Counted from the stretch's first letter, positions 1-14,329 are shown. The stretch: DNA of 64,000 nucleotides from Octopus vulgaris (GCA_951406725.2 OX597815.1:163742001-163806000), one strand, 5' to 3'. Program-made: numbers and translations. Notes: generated by a model from the letters alone, not told the origin.

Positions 1-104
1 AAGTTTTATGTGGACTCGTCTGTTTTTTTTCTTGTCTTATATATACTGCGATCAATATAAACAGTCACACAATTGAATCCATCGCGACAGGATCACGGTT
101 GATG

Positions 105-669
105 TCTTCTTCTTCTTCTTCTTCTTCTTCTTCTTCTTCTTCTTCTTCTTCTTCTTCTTCTTCTTCTTCTTCTTCTTCTTCTTCTTCTTCCAATCAGGAC
201 TCACGCCATTAGCTACAAGGAATAATCTCTAATTCGAGCCTACTCTTAGCTACTAAGAATGCGTGTAGCAACTTGGAGATCCACCCACCACACGCAATAG
301 ACCGGCGGTTGCACGGGCGCGAAAGCTACGTTGTTATCCTCATTCCGTAAACGGTGGCTTTTAACAGGTGGAGAGCTGAACCATCCTGGGGTACAGAGGA
401 TTCGCAAATCTAGACTAGGATCTGAAAGTTTACCACACCATAGTGGGTTACACCATGGTTCCTCTGCTTTGTCGAAGAAGTAGGAAGAAAGAGTGAGAGA
501 AAGTTGTGGCGAAAGAGTACAGCGGGGTTCACCACCCCTCCCGGCCAGAGACTCGTAGAGCTTAGGCATTTTTGCTCAATAAACACTGACAATGCCCAGT
601 CTGGGTATCGAAACCGCATTCTTACGACACGAGTCCACTGCCCTAACCACTGGGCCATTGCGCCTCCAC
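105..669 (-). mobile_element. SINE-A, tail type 1, ending in (GAA)n
   Basis: Minus-strand head GTGGAGGCGCAATGGCCCAGTGGTTAGGGCAGTGGACTCG...GGTTTCGATACC has Pol III A and B boxes. The ~290-bp tail and (TTC)n at 105-190 recur at 32830-33425. Confidence 0.85.
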
Positions 670-1097
670 GGTTCATGTTGTTACCCCTTGTCATACGTTC
701 TGCTGCTGGTTGTGTTTCCTCTACGGCTAGATAGAAATTCGCATGTTCTTATTCCGGTGCTTATGAAATAAATAAATTACAAAACTTGATGAATTCAAAT
801 TGCACCAAGGTCAGTTTTGCCTTTGTTCTTTTCAGGTTCGATAAAATAAATACCAGTTGCAAACGATTTACTCACTCCCCCGAATTTTATTGGTCTTGTG
901 CCAAAATTCAAAACTAACATTACCTGTAACAGACGTACATCTTATATCGAGAAAGATTAGTTTTGAATATATTTAGCAACAGAGAAGTCGTATATAAGCA
1001 TGCCCTTGGTGATTACAATGCTCATAGACGTGTGAAATCTGAGGTTTAAGCGGATGGAAAAAAAGTGGGAACTTGAAACATTATTACGCTCGAGATA

Positions 1098-1485
1098 AGG
1101 CGGCCAGCTGGCTGAATCGTTAGCTCGCTGGACGAAATGCTGAGCGGTATTCTGTCTGCCGTTACCGTTCTGAGTTCAAATTCAGCCGAGGTCGACTTTG
1201 CCTTTCATCCTTTCGGGGTCGATTAAATAAGTACCAGTTACGCACTTGGGTCGATATAATCGACTTAATCCGTTTGTCTGTCCTTGTTTGCCCTCTCTGT
1301 GTTTAGCCCCTTGTGGGTAGTAAAGAAATAGATATTTCGTCCGTTGGTACGTTCTGAGGTCGACTTTACCTTTCATCTTTTCAGGGTCGATAGAATAAGT
1401 ACCAGTTAAAAACTGGGGTCGATGTAATCGACTCATCCCCTCCCGCAAAATTGCTGCCCTTGTGGCAAAATTTGAAACCATTATT
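1098..1485 (+). mobile_element. SINE-B compound copy (long tail followed by headless short-tail unit)
   Basis: Head AGGCGGCCAGCTGGCTGAATCGTTAGC...GAGTTCAAATTC; core GCCTTTCATCCTTTCGGGGTCGAT; many copies in the window. Confidence 0.85.
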
Positions 1486-2204
1486 GCCTTTGAGAATGTC
1501 ATTCGGGCTGCTTAAGCTGTGAATCGAAACTAAGTTGCACATTTAGTTCGTCGAGAATCTTGTAACGATTGTATACAGCTCGCGAAGTTGATCTTCGTAA
1601 TACGGAGAAAACAAAAATGTATCGTATGTTATCAACATTCAGTGTATTTAAGGGTTTTTGTAATACTCATAATAAGAGAAATAGTAATCTCCAAATATCA
1701 AAAGAAACCGATCGAAAAATCCATTTTTTTCGTTGCCGAAAACAGGAAAGAAGAAAAAGGAGAAAAGGAAGAAAAAGAAAGTGAAAGAGAGAGAGAGGAG
1801 GTATTTTAAAAGAAAATGAGCTGGAAGAAAGAGGAAAATAATATACATTTTATGTATATAAACACACACATGTGCACATACACGCAAATATTTATGTAAC
1901 ATAAATATATGCACATATACTATATCTGTGTGTGTGTACAATCATAATATATGATATATATTCATTGGAACACACACATATATGTGTGTATATATATATA
2001 TATGTATTCCTATGAATATGTGTATATATATATAAATATCTAAATATGTGAATATGTATCTACATATATATCATATTGTATATATAAATACATGCATATA
2101 CACATTTATGTAACATAGATACAAATATATGCCGGTACATAGATGGATAAATATGTATGCACATGTATGTATACAAATGTGTATATATATATGATTATGT
2201 GTGC

Positions 2205-2262
<58 letters not shown>

Positions 2263-2770
2263 GTGCGTATATATACATACACGCGTATGTGCACACAGGC
2301 CACGCATATTTATAAATACTTATTACACATATACACAAACACATCTTATAGATTAAGAGACAAGCGGGCTCGGCACGACCTTATTAATAAAAGACAAATT
2401 TTGATCAAAGAAACGAATTTTTCTTTTTTTTTTTTTTAATGGTGGGTGTGGGTCGTAGTTAGTTTAGCTACATTTTTGAAAAGCAATAAAATATATGAAA
2501 AATGTTATTAGTCAGACACCTGAAATACTTTTATAAAACGTCTAGAAATTTTCTAAAGATGTTGTTGTTTGTGTTTTTTGGGGGGATACGTTTGAAGGAT
2601 TTGAAAATTACTCTGAATTAAACTAAGAGCCAAAGCTATCTGAATAATTCAGTTTATCATTGTGCTGGGACTATAAATCAAGATTATGTAGTATACTATT
2701 TGGTTATTGGAGTAGTGGCCAAAAGTTTTATCGTACGACTATACATATGTTTTGGGTGTGTATATAGGTA

Positions 2771-2825
<55 letters not shown>

Positions 2826-3343
2826 GTGCATAAACATATATTGGATATATTTATATGTATATATGTGTGTGTGACAGAGATAGCAAAGAGGTGGGAGAGA
2901 GAATATATTTACACATATATATCATTCTTAGACAGTTATTTCCTGTTGAAATATAAAGCGACCGATTCGTTTCCTTGGCAGGTCCACCTTGATTTATATA
3001 CCACCACTTCTGATGTCTGCAAGTTATATATAATGTAGGATATTGTATGTTTAAACACATAAGTGTCATTAACTTAACAATGACTGAAGAGGTGATTAAT
3101 AACCGAAACAACAAGACGTCCTGTGAACAAACTTGCTATAGATAGTTTCCATCTTCTTTATGCGTAATATTTTGAAAGTTTCTCATTGTATTAGAATACA
3201 CCACACAAATATAAAGTCAAAGTACGGACTATATGTTGAGCTGTTGTGTACTTTCATTGGTAAATATCTTGTTTAGATTATTTTAAAATTATCTTTATTT
3301 ACGAAATGCATTCATACTTACATATAAATACAGGCATACAAAC

Positions 3344-3392
<49 letters not shown>

Positions 3393-3409
3393 CGTACATA
3401 CATACATGT

Positions 3410-3695
3410 AAGAGGCACCATTCGAGCGGGATCGTTACCAGCATCGCCTTACTGGCACCTGTGCCAGTGGCATGTGTAAAAAGATTCGAGCGAAGTCGTT
3501 GTCAGTACCGCCTGACTGGCACGTAAAAGCACCTACTACACTCTCGGAGTGGTTGGCGTTAGGAAGGGCATCCAGCTGTAGAAACTCTACCAGATCAAGA
3601 CTGGAGCCAGGTGCAGCAATCTGGTTCGCCAGCACTCAGTCAAACCGTCCAACCCATGCTAGCATGGAAAGCGGACGTTAAATGATGATGATGAT
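3410..3695 (+). mobile_element. 3' part of an RTE-type SINE/LINE ending in (GAT)n
   Basis: GGTTGGCGTTAGGAAGGGCATCCAGCTGTAGAAAC motif and tail AACCCATGCTAGCATGGAAAGCGGACGTTAAATGATGATGAT, between TA microsatellites. Family assignment is from recall. Confidence 0.6.
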
Positions 3696-3756
<61 letters not shown>

Positions 3757-4568
3757 CATACATACATACATACATACATACATACATACATACATACATG
3801 CATATATATATATATATATATATACATGTACACACAAATACACATACATATCAATACGAATATATATATGTGTATATATATATATATCTATCTGTCTGTG
3901 TGTCTGTTTCTCTGTCTCTCTCTCTCTTTGTCTCTCCCTCCCTCTCTCTCTCTCTCTTTCTTTCTCTCTCTCTCTCTCTGTATATATATATATATAATGC
4001 GAGAGAGAGACTTATCAGTATTTCGAATACGTTTTGTAAATACGTTCGAATACGTTCAGGTGTTTACTCATTCTTTAAGCGAAATATATTTCTCTTGAAA
4101 CGAGCAAAGAAAGTGCACAACTGTGTGGGCGTTCCTACATAACAATTTCAAACGTACGTAGAATTAAATATAATTCGAAATTCGTATTATGTGTTTATGC
4201 CGCATAAATGTTGTGTGACAATACAGTTACAATTTAGCCTACCTTTGCATGAATGATAGAACAACGCAACACGGGAGTATACTAGTAGCATATCAATCTA
4301 GCTATTGTACTAAGCAATATCTATATCCTATATAAATCTGTGCGCATGCGCGTGTGCTATTTGGTCACTCTGAGTTTTTTTCTCATATACTCATGATGCC
4401 AAATGAGGCAGAAATATGAGTTTTGGAACGGTAATTAACGTTGTTGAATCCTCAACATTATTTGCCAGATCTCGTTTGGAGACAGTTGCAGTTCCTCTAG
4501 GTATTTGTTTACTTTCTCTTAAAGCAAAGACGGCTTCCATAAATCGAGACTTTATCATATATAATAAT

Positions 4569-4750
4569 TAATAAGCAATTGCCCCGCTTTGTAGTCTAAA
4601 TTTATGGCAAAGCCACGCTGAGTTAGCATTCTTAGCTTATATAAAAGTACACGAAAGTATGAAAGTATGTATCTACATACATACATACATACATACATAC
4701 ATACATACATACATACATAATGTATATGTGTGTGTGTGTATAAATATATG

Positions 4751-4834
<84 letters not shown>

Positions 4835-4939
4835 GATAGATACTTTCATACTTTCGTGTACTTTTATATAAGCTAAGAATGCTAACTCAGCGTGGCTTTG
4901 CCATAAATTTAGTCTACAAAGCGGGGCAATTGCTTATTA
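4569..4939. repeat. Fold-back inverted repeat: ~110-bp arms around a (TACA)n/(TA)n spacer
   Basis: 4569-4678 is the reverse complement of 4830-4939; I see two mismatches by eye. Confidence 0.9.
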
Positions 4940-5031
4940 GCAGAAGACACTTGCCCAAGGTGCCACGCAGTGGGACTGAACCCGGAACCATGTGGTTGGT
5001 TAGCAAGCTAATTACCACACAGCCACTCCTG
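4940..5031 (-). mobile_element. SINE-C head fragment
   Basis: Reverse complement of CAGGAGTGGCTGTGTGGTAA...GGGTTCAGTCCCACTGCGTGGCACCTTGGGCAAGTGTCTTCTG, truncated at the inverted-repeat arm. Confidence 0.85.
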
Positions 5032-5071
5032 ATATATATATATATACATATATATATATACATATATATAC

Positions 5072-5102
<31 letters not shown>

Positions 5103-5108
5103 CATACA

Positions 5109-5230
<122 letters not shown>

Positions 5231-5612
5231 CACAAAATAATTACACAACAAACGTACATTGCTAACAAACGCAATGAGGTGATATCACGCTGTCAACTCC
5301 AGTAAAAATGGGTTTTTGAAAAATTGGTCAGAATGCTAAACAAGGTACTATTCTATGACGTTAACGTTGCATCCACAATGTTCAATGTCGTAGCATCATT
5401 AGGAAAAGCAGACGAATTAGGAAAATTATTAAACAAATGGAAGAAAGTGGCCGACAAATTAAAAAAAATTAACTTAGATACATCAATTACAAAAACCTTT
5501 ATAATATTTATGAAAATTAGTTTCAGATACCGGATAAAGATTTACTCGGGGGTGTCTGTACGTATACATACATACATACATACATACATACATACATACA
5601 TACACACACAGT

Positions 5613-5678
<66 letters not shown>

Positions 5679-6007
5679 CAAATGATATATGTAAGTATAA
5701 CAATTTTAAAACTAAAGCAAGTGACTGGCAACGTCCACTACTTCACATACAGTGAATAGGAAAATTGTAGATCTGGTTTGTCACTGTTTGTCTGGAAGAC
5801 CAGTTTTGTCTCTGAAAGTTTAGTAGACACCTGTCACACACGCACACCGTACATGCACGCGAGAATGCACACACATACATATACCACACCACATACAAGC
5901 CTCACATACACATATAGTCATGTACTGTATACACACCTATGCATATTTATCCATAAGGAGACTGCACTAATGTAAATCATTGACATTTCAATAATCTAAG
6001 ACTGGTA

Positions 6008-6635
6008 AGGCGGCGAGCTGGCAGAAACGTTAGCACCCCGGGGACATGCTTAGCGTTATTTCGTCTGCCGCTACGTTCTAAGTTCAAATTCCGCCGAGGT
6101 CGACTTTACTTTTCATCCTTTCGAGGTCGATAAATTAAGAATCAGTTGCGTACTAGGGTCGATCGTATCGACTGGTTCCCTCACCGAAAATTTCGGGTCT
6201 TGTGCCTAGACTAGGAAAGAATATTCTAAGACAGGTAAGGCGGCGAGCTGGCAGAAGCATTAGCACGCCGGGCGAAATGCTTAGCGGTATTTCGTCTGCC
6301 GTTACGTTCTGAGTTCAAATTCCGCCGAGGTCGACTTTGCCTTTCATCCTTTCGGGGTCGATTAAATAAGTACCAGTTACGCACTGGGGCCGATATAATC
6401 GACTTAATCCGTTTGGCTGTCCTTGTTTGTCCTCTCTGTGTTTAGACCCTTGTGGGTAGTAAAGAAATAGCTATTTCGTCTACCGTTACGTCCTGAGTTC
6501 AATTTCTGCCGAGGTCGACTTTGCCTTTCATCCTTTTGGGGTCGATAAATTAAGTACCTGTTGCGTACTGGGATCGATCTAATCGACTTGCCCCCTCCCC
6601 CAGAATTTCGGGCCTTGTGCCTAGAGTAGGAAAAA
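6008..6635 (+). mobile_element. Tandem SINE-B cluster (short, long and headless short units)
   Basis: Three GCCTTTCATCCTTT-type cores; a 17-bp flank motif is repeated at 5991, 6221 and 6636. Confidence 0.9.
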
Positions 6636-8487
6636 ATAATCTGAGACAGGTATTAAAAACAATGATGACTTGTACATATCAGAAATGTACGTAAACGACT
6701 ACAGAAAACGAAAAATATTTTCTAGCGTAACTAATAAACCTTACCAATTTGCTGTGTAATGAAATGTATGATAACGAAATTGGCTGTAAGAGACGTAGAC
6801 AGTTTGCGAATTGGCCATTAAAATACGATGAATGATAACATGATAACAGTAGAGAAACTGATTAATGAAAACAGAGCACCCAGCCAATTGGCAAATAGCA
6901 TAACTGAAAAAATATACATTCTGCCTAATGATCGCAGATAATTAGACGGAATGTTACCATATTATGTGTCTTCTGTATGGTCATAGATCAACACATGACC
7001 ATGGAAAATATGTTTCAAATAAAGTCAGATGGACAGTACTCACAATTCAAGCATGATCTTTGTCATTTTTCTTTAGTTGTAATTGTAGGTCGGCTTTGAA
7101 AATCAAACCTTTGAACAAAAATATTTCAGCTATAAGAACTATATTACTCAATGCGTACAATTTTTTTAAGAGTATAGAGTGTGATTTGTGAGGTATTTGC
7201 CGGCTTATTCTACTTGATAAAAAGATCACATTGAGTTCCATTCGAAAGATTGCAGAAATTTAGTTTAATATTTCTGTTCCTAAGGTTTATCATTCAACTA
7301 CAAATACGATAAATACTTTTTCATCAAGGATATTCAGTTGAACAGTAGAGGGGCATTTTATTCTTCCGTACGTATTCTTCATTTATTCATTCATTCTATG
7401 CATCTGACAATTTAGATTTTGCTGTGATTTGTAAGATCCAGCGCAGTTTAAGTAGAACGATGATGGAACTGTTGTTCAACATCATCTATATTAATAAAAG
7501 CGAAATTTTGTTTCTCCGTCTGGAACCCCTTTATCTCAGGCTACATTTGCTCTCCATAGGCATATTTTACCGTTTTGGAATCAGGATGATCCGGGATTTC
7601 AAAAGCTGCCCTATCATTTGTTTCTTGAACATAAAGCATTGAGATCTGATTTAAAAGCATTTAGGTTACTATTTCTAGCAGGTAATGGTTGGCTGATTCA
7701 CGCTACCTTGGTTAGCGTTTGTCAGATGACGTCAGAGATCAAGGAGGAGATAATTGACATTTGCTTCGTTAATTTTACGTCGAGATAAGAACTTTAGGAC
7801 AAATTGGCCAACAGTTGGAATTCAACTTGGGACTGGAACAATAGAATGATTGCATTAGAGAATTAATACTAATCTGTCCTTAACCTCTGATCAAACACCA
7901 CCGGGGCATATATAGTCATTATAGATGTACTATAGTTATGCTGTTTAGCTCTTTTTAATTTTAGACCGCAGGCCCAATTAGCCCTCCGCAGGAGCTAGCT
8001 TAAATGATTGCACGGAGTGCGGCTTTTACGCTGGTACTTTATAAATAGGAAATGACAATGAGAAGACAGCAAGTATACATAAGCTATTCAGTAGCCACGG
8101 AGAAAGGCCTAGCCATAAAATGCAAGGAGATTTCAGCTATTTTCGGTCAAAATACGACGACGGAAACATTTTTGAATTATTCGACATAGATAGTGGGGTA
8201 TATTCATGGTAGGTCACGTGATTACTGGAACTGAATATCGGGACGGAAGTTAATGCTTGATAATCATAGTGGGGTTACGTCTCCTAGCATACGAAATAAA
8301 GTGGCGACGATGTATTGAGCGCTTGGCTTTGTATGTAGCACGGGTGTATATACATCAGTAAAATAGTAAATTGATTGTTCTTAATTTATACTTTTGCTGG
8401 CTGTGCAGTTTTGTTTTCTGAAGCATGCACACACACACACACACATACACACACACACATACACACACACACACACACACACAAACA

Positions 8488-8524
<37 letters not shown>

Positions 8525-8530
8525 ACACAT

Positions 8531-8582
<52 letters not shown>

Positions 8583-8840
8583 TGTACAAGCTCTATAAAA
8601 CTTTGTTTCATAAGCTTCAAACAATTTGTTAAATATAGTTAACAGTTTCATGAAGTTAAATTATTCTTTCAAGTCTACGAAGTTTTTCAAAGGTTCCTCT
8701 GACTGCCAGAAACTCCAAAAGAACCTACCCTTTGTCTATCTCATTCCACATATACTAATTGACTAATAGCATGTTATGTTTAATACAACGCTATACACAA
8801 GATGTGTGTATGTATATATGTATGTATGTATAAATATATG

Positions 8841-8874
<34 letters not shown>

Positions 8875-8994
8875 TGTTTGTTTGTATGTATGTATATATA
8901 TATGTGTGTGTGTGTGTCTATATATATGCACTATACATTTACACATTACGCATCCTTGTACACACAGATCGATATTTATCTCACTAGCTATCTT

Positions 8995-9029
<35 letters not shown>

Positions 9030-9621
9030 CCAGAAAATCCCCCGGTGGTTAGAAACATTGCGTGCCCGATCCTAATGCAGAAACAGCATTTTGCAACAAC
9101 ACTCTGGCCTTTCACAAATCGATTTCTTTCGACATTTATACGCAATCACTTTATCACTAATTAACACTGGCTGAATGAAATATGTACAGTACTTTCCACA
9201 GACGGAGATTAATTTTAGCTATTCGTTTGTACAGCCTGACACTCAAGCAACTATTGTGTAATATATCTGAAACTTCATCAGTATTGCTAAGTAAATATAT
9301 TGATAAGCAGGGAATATTCCATGAGATATATTCTATACCACTTCAAAAGGAATTTTTTGATTAGTTTCTTCGATGTTAAAGTTGTTGGTATTACTACTAA
9401 TATGAGTGTTAGTAATAGTATTTGAAGAAATTTTCGACGGTAGATACAGAAGATTGTTCTAGAAGACATAATGTGATATAACATGACATGACATCGTGTA
9501 ATGTTTTGAAATGAAGAATGTATATGGAAGTGTTAGTAAATACGAGACAAGGTTGTTAGTTGGTAGCAACAAATTAAAAGTAACAAAAATATTTCGAGAA
9601 TGTTCCCCTAAAATATTGTCA

Positions 9622-9989
9622 GGAGCAGGCGTGGCTGTGTGGTAAGAAGCTTGCTTCCTGACTGCATGGTTCTGGGTTCAGTCTCACGACGTGAGACATT
9701 GAGCAAGTGTCTTCTGCTATTGCCTCCGGCCGATGATAGCCATGTAAGCGGATTTAGTAGACGGAAACCGAAAGAAGCCCGTCGTACGCGTGTGGGTGTG
9801 TGTGTGTGTCTTTTTGTCTCTGTTTGTCACCACCACAACTTGTCAACCATTTTGTTTACGTCCCCGTAAAACCGATAGAATAAGTACCAGGCTTTATAAA
9901 AGTACTGGGGGTCGATTTAATCAATTAAATATTCCTCATGGCGGTGCCCCAGCATGACCGCAGTCTAATGACTGAAACAAGTAAAAGAT
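9622..9989 (+). mobile_element. SINE-C, diverged full-length copy
   Basis: tRNA-like head, internal (GT)n, tail ATGGCGGTGCCCCAGCATGACCGCAGTCTAATGACTGAAACAAGTAAAAGA. Confidence 0.85.
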
Positions 9990-10415
9990 TTAAAAAGCAA
10001 CTTATAATTTTTGGCATTTCTTTTTTCAAAGAATTCTAGGTTGATTATATGCTCTCGACCTGCCACTTCTTAGTTCATTACAATTCTCACTGTAAGAATG
10101 ACTAGTGTCGCAAAGGGCTTCGTTTGGTCCTGAAGCACCGTTCTTTCCGCTTTCTTGCTGAGATTTCCTTCCTTTGCTGAAAAATATCGACAAAAGACAC
10201 ACACCCTTTCCACACTAACACATATATGAATGCTTGTGTATATAAATTATGTATAACACACATGCGCGCGCGCATATGATGAGTGAGCCGGCGGAGCAAG
10301 TTTTAACAAAGGTGTTAGTATAACGCTTGGAAGGTAAAGAAAAGGTCTTTAACGTTTCGAATGCTAGTTCCCCAACAGTAAAAAAATATAAGGAAGGAAA
10401 AGTGGTGGTAAGAAA

Positions 10416-10524
10416 AAGAAGAAGAAGAAGAAGAAGAAGAAGAAGAAGAAGAAGAAGAAGAAGAAGAAGAAGAAGAAGAAGAAGAAGAAGAAGAAGCAGA
10501 AGAAGAAGAAGAAGAAGAAGAAGA
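10416..10524 (+). repeat. (GAA)n microsatellite
   Basis: Read directly from the sequence. Confidence 0.95.
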
Positions 10525-10604
10525 AATGCTTCGGTTGGGAATTCGATCCCATGAGTAGGAGTTAGAGGAAATGCCATTGGTCTGAAAAGAAGAACGGCCA
10601 ACTA

Positions 10605-10860
10605 GGGATACGCTTAAACTAGGAACTAAAAATATCTTTTTGAGAAAGTTTGGTTGACCCGAAAAAGGTTCTTTTACCTCTTCTTCAACATATAAAACTT
10701 ATCTCCATGCAGCAATTCAGAAACACTTTGCCACAGGATAGAGAGGGCTTCAAGAAGTTGCACAGAATGATTCTTATTCTGTCAGACGCCAAAGTTGAAG
10801 TGAGTTATTTGCAGGACCAGGTATAAGGAAACTCGGCAAGGATAAAAATTTGAGGAACTT
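10605..10860 (+). pseudogene. DNA transposase fragment, probably Chapaev3-like (CMC group)
   Basis: Manual translation ESLVDPKKVLLPLLQHIKLISMQQFRNTLPQDREGFKKL...LSDAKV, then frameshift to FAGPGIRKLGKDKN. Resembles the recalled motif LVDPxKVLLPPLHIKLGLMKQF...LSxAK...FVGPQIRKL. Confidence 0.6.
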
Positions 10861-12381
10861 TCTAAGAGATTCTGCTACAAGAACAACAGTAGTAGTTGTG
10901 GGAGCAGATGTTGTTGCTATCATTTTAGTTGTTTAACTCAAGGGCGATGGAAGGTTTCCATTCAAGTCTATTCCATTTTTTTATATATATTCTTGGCTGC
11001 ATTATTTAAATTGTAATTGTTATTGTTTGCTTGTTTAAAAGAATAGGGTATGAGATTTGGTTTCTATATCTAGCAGGTTAAACAAGACGGCTTTTGCTCA
11101 TAGACAGGCACTTCTTTTTATTTTGTTTTTACGAAGTGTGCTCAAGAATATTTTAAAGAGCTACACATACAATTTCGTTTGAAAAAAGAGATGGGAGGAA
11201 AACAAAATGTAGCAAGTGAAGATTAAATAAATATAATAAAAATTGGGGTTTAAAGATGACGAAATAAAAGAACAAGGAATGACTTAAAAGAAAAGAGAAT
11301 TAGAAAATAATAAATAAAAAATGCTAGCATAAAAATAAATGAATAGCGAAGAAAAGGGGGAGAACTGGCGAGAGAGATTAAGAAAAGATGTGAGAAAAAG
11401 CATTTTTGACGATTGGAAGGTGAGTGAGTTAGTGAGAATGACAGGCTGGAATTAAGAATATGAGTGAGAGAAAGGAAGAGGGAAAGAATAAATGTGAGAG
11501 AGAGTGAGAAAGTGGGGAATGAAGAGAGTGAGAGAGATGGGAATGAGAGATGGTGAGAGAGAGGAGAATGAGAATAGAGAGAGATAATGTAAAGGAATGA
11601 GAGAGAAAGGGGAGAGAGTAAATGCGAAAGAATGAGAGAGATAGAGATGAAAGCAAAGCGAGGCGTTAAGGGAAAGCTAATGCAAAAAAATTAAAAAACG
11701 GTTAAAAATGGAATTAAAGTGAAAAAAGAAAGAAGTAGCAAGAATAAAGAAATAGGGGTAAGAAAACTAAAAAATAAAATAAATAAATAAATAAAGAATG
11801 AATGAATTAAAGAAAGGAAAAGATGAAAATAGTAAAAGAAAATTAGCAAATGAAAGAAAAATAGATAGATAAAAAGGAAAGCAGTATAAAAATAATATAA
11901 ACGTCATCACAAACAAGTAACATAGAAAAGAAGCTGAACAAAAATTGGAGCAAAAAGAGAATGTAACGATTGTATTTTTTTCTTTATATAAAAATATGAA
12001 AACGCAAACGATCTAAAACAAAGTTAACGCAACAAAGTGAAAAGAAAAATGGCCGCTAATCACCTTTCAAACATGTAAACAAAATGAAACAATAACAACA
12101 ATATCAACAATCAACGACTTTCCCAGCAAAGGTCTAATTATAAGGTTTTGATTGTTTCGTTAAACGTTGCTCGTATCTCTGGTGTTGTGTGACGTAGAGG
12201 GTGGAAAAGGTGGACGAGTGGAAAGTTGGACGGGTGGACGGGTGGAAAGGTGGAAGTTCTCTGGAAGGAAATTGTAATGTTAATTAGTGTCGTGAAAGAC
12301 TTTTAAAACCCCAAAATCCACACCCCGAAATGCGCACGCACAAACAAACACACATCCCGGTCTATCTTATCTATCTTATCA

Positions 12382-12750
<369 letters not shown>

Positions 12751-13016
12751 ACCCACTCACACACACACATGCCACAACATATGACAGAATAAGATCCCCA
12801 TAAACTAATAATAATATGAAGCTAATATAATACACAGATAAATAAATGGAATTTTTCCTGTGCAAGACCTTAGTGATTTGTTTTCGGTTCTCAAATGATG
12901 CATCAATTTAGGATTGAAATGGGAAACGGACCAGTTGAAAATAGGCCTTATACTGCACTATTTTCCGTTGTAAACATCGTAAATGGGATTGATACGTCAT
13001 CTTGTTTAATAACGTA

Positions 13017-13383
13017 AGAGCACTCCGTCGATCACGATGACAGGGGTTCCTGTGATCCGATCAACGGAACAGCCTGTTCGTGAAATTAACGTGTAAGTGG
13101 CTGAGCACTCCACAGACACGTGTACCCTTAACGTAGTTCTCGTGGGGATTCAGCGTGACACAGAGTGTGACAATGCTGGACTCTTTGAAATACAGGTACA
13201 ACAGAAATAGGATGAAAGAGTGGGTGAAAGTTGTGGTAAAAGAGTACAGCAGGGTTCGCCACCATCCCCTGCCGGAGCCTCGTGGAACTTTAGGTGTTTT
13301 CGCTCAATAAACACTCACAACGCCCGGTCTGGGAATCGAAACCGCGAGTCCGCTGCCCTAACCACTGGGCCATTGCGCCTCCA
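13017..13383 (-). mobile_element. SINE-A, tail type 2, with TSD
   Basis: Same head as 105-669; TSD TTTAATAACGTA at 13005-13016 and 13384-13395. Confidence 0.9.
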
Positions 13384-14329
13384 TTTAATAACGTACCCTG
13401 CTAGTGCTAAGCGAACGATGAATTATCTTACTCATTTAAGTTAAATATTGTTAATAAAATAAAAAAAAATTTTCTCTAATTTTGAGTCAATGAGAATGAT
13501 AGACGCTCTGTTGTGTAATATGAAATGAAGTATCCCTCCAAGCCATATATACTTTCTTCATGTCTCGACAGTTGTCTCATATTGGTGAATAAAATGTCAA
13601 AAATGTTTTCCATTAAAATCTTCACAGTTATTTCACCTTTAGCAACGTCTGAGATATATGTATATGAGACATAAATACTCACAAGTGTATTGAAATACAC
13701 GAACTGCATTCATCAGAGCGAAGAGGCGGGAGAAAACGAATGTGAATTAATGTATCTGTCACATCTGGAATTAACATTTGTTAACCTGCCACCATGATTG
13801 TTTTTAAAACATTTCCTAGAATAAATACTTCAGGTTAAAAAAAAACTAAACTTTTTCAAGTTATAAAATGAAGACATTTCCTCTTCCTCTCTTCACCTCC
13901 TTCCCTTTTTTACATATTTCGATTGTTTTTAAAGCATTTATTCATATTCACCTGTTTCGTTTTCCTATCAGGTTCTCTGTATCCAAATTTGCTCGCAATC
14001 TTTCTTTCTTCCTGTTTTGTTAAATCGTTCGTCTATTAATCACTATACGCTGTTCTGTCCTTTTTAATTTTGTTTCTACATCTATGAATAATATCTCTTC
14101 AATTTCCTTTCTGATCTTCCATTTTTCCTACATCCGTAATTTCTTTTTAACTTCCTATATATTTATTTTCTCTTCTTTACTGAATCAATATTTTAGTTAT
14201 ACCTGCCACGCCATCTTCACTTTTTATTTATCTTTTATAGTCACGTTTCTCCTAAACGCAAGCTATACCGCATGTACCGCATGGAATCTTTTAAGTGTGA
14301 ATCCATTTTCACCATTTCGGCAAATACGC

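Noticed and set aside
5324-5755. 143-aa ORF with plausible N-terminus
   Set aside because: Runs into microsatellite; no domain or splice evidence.
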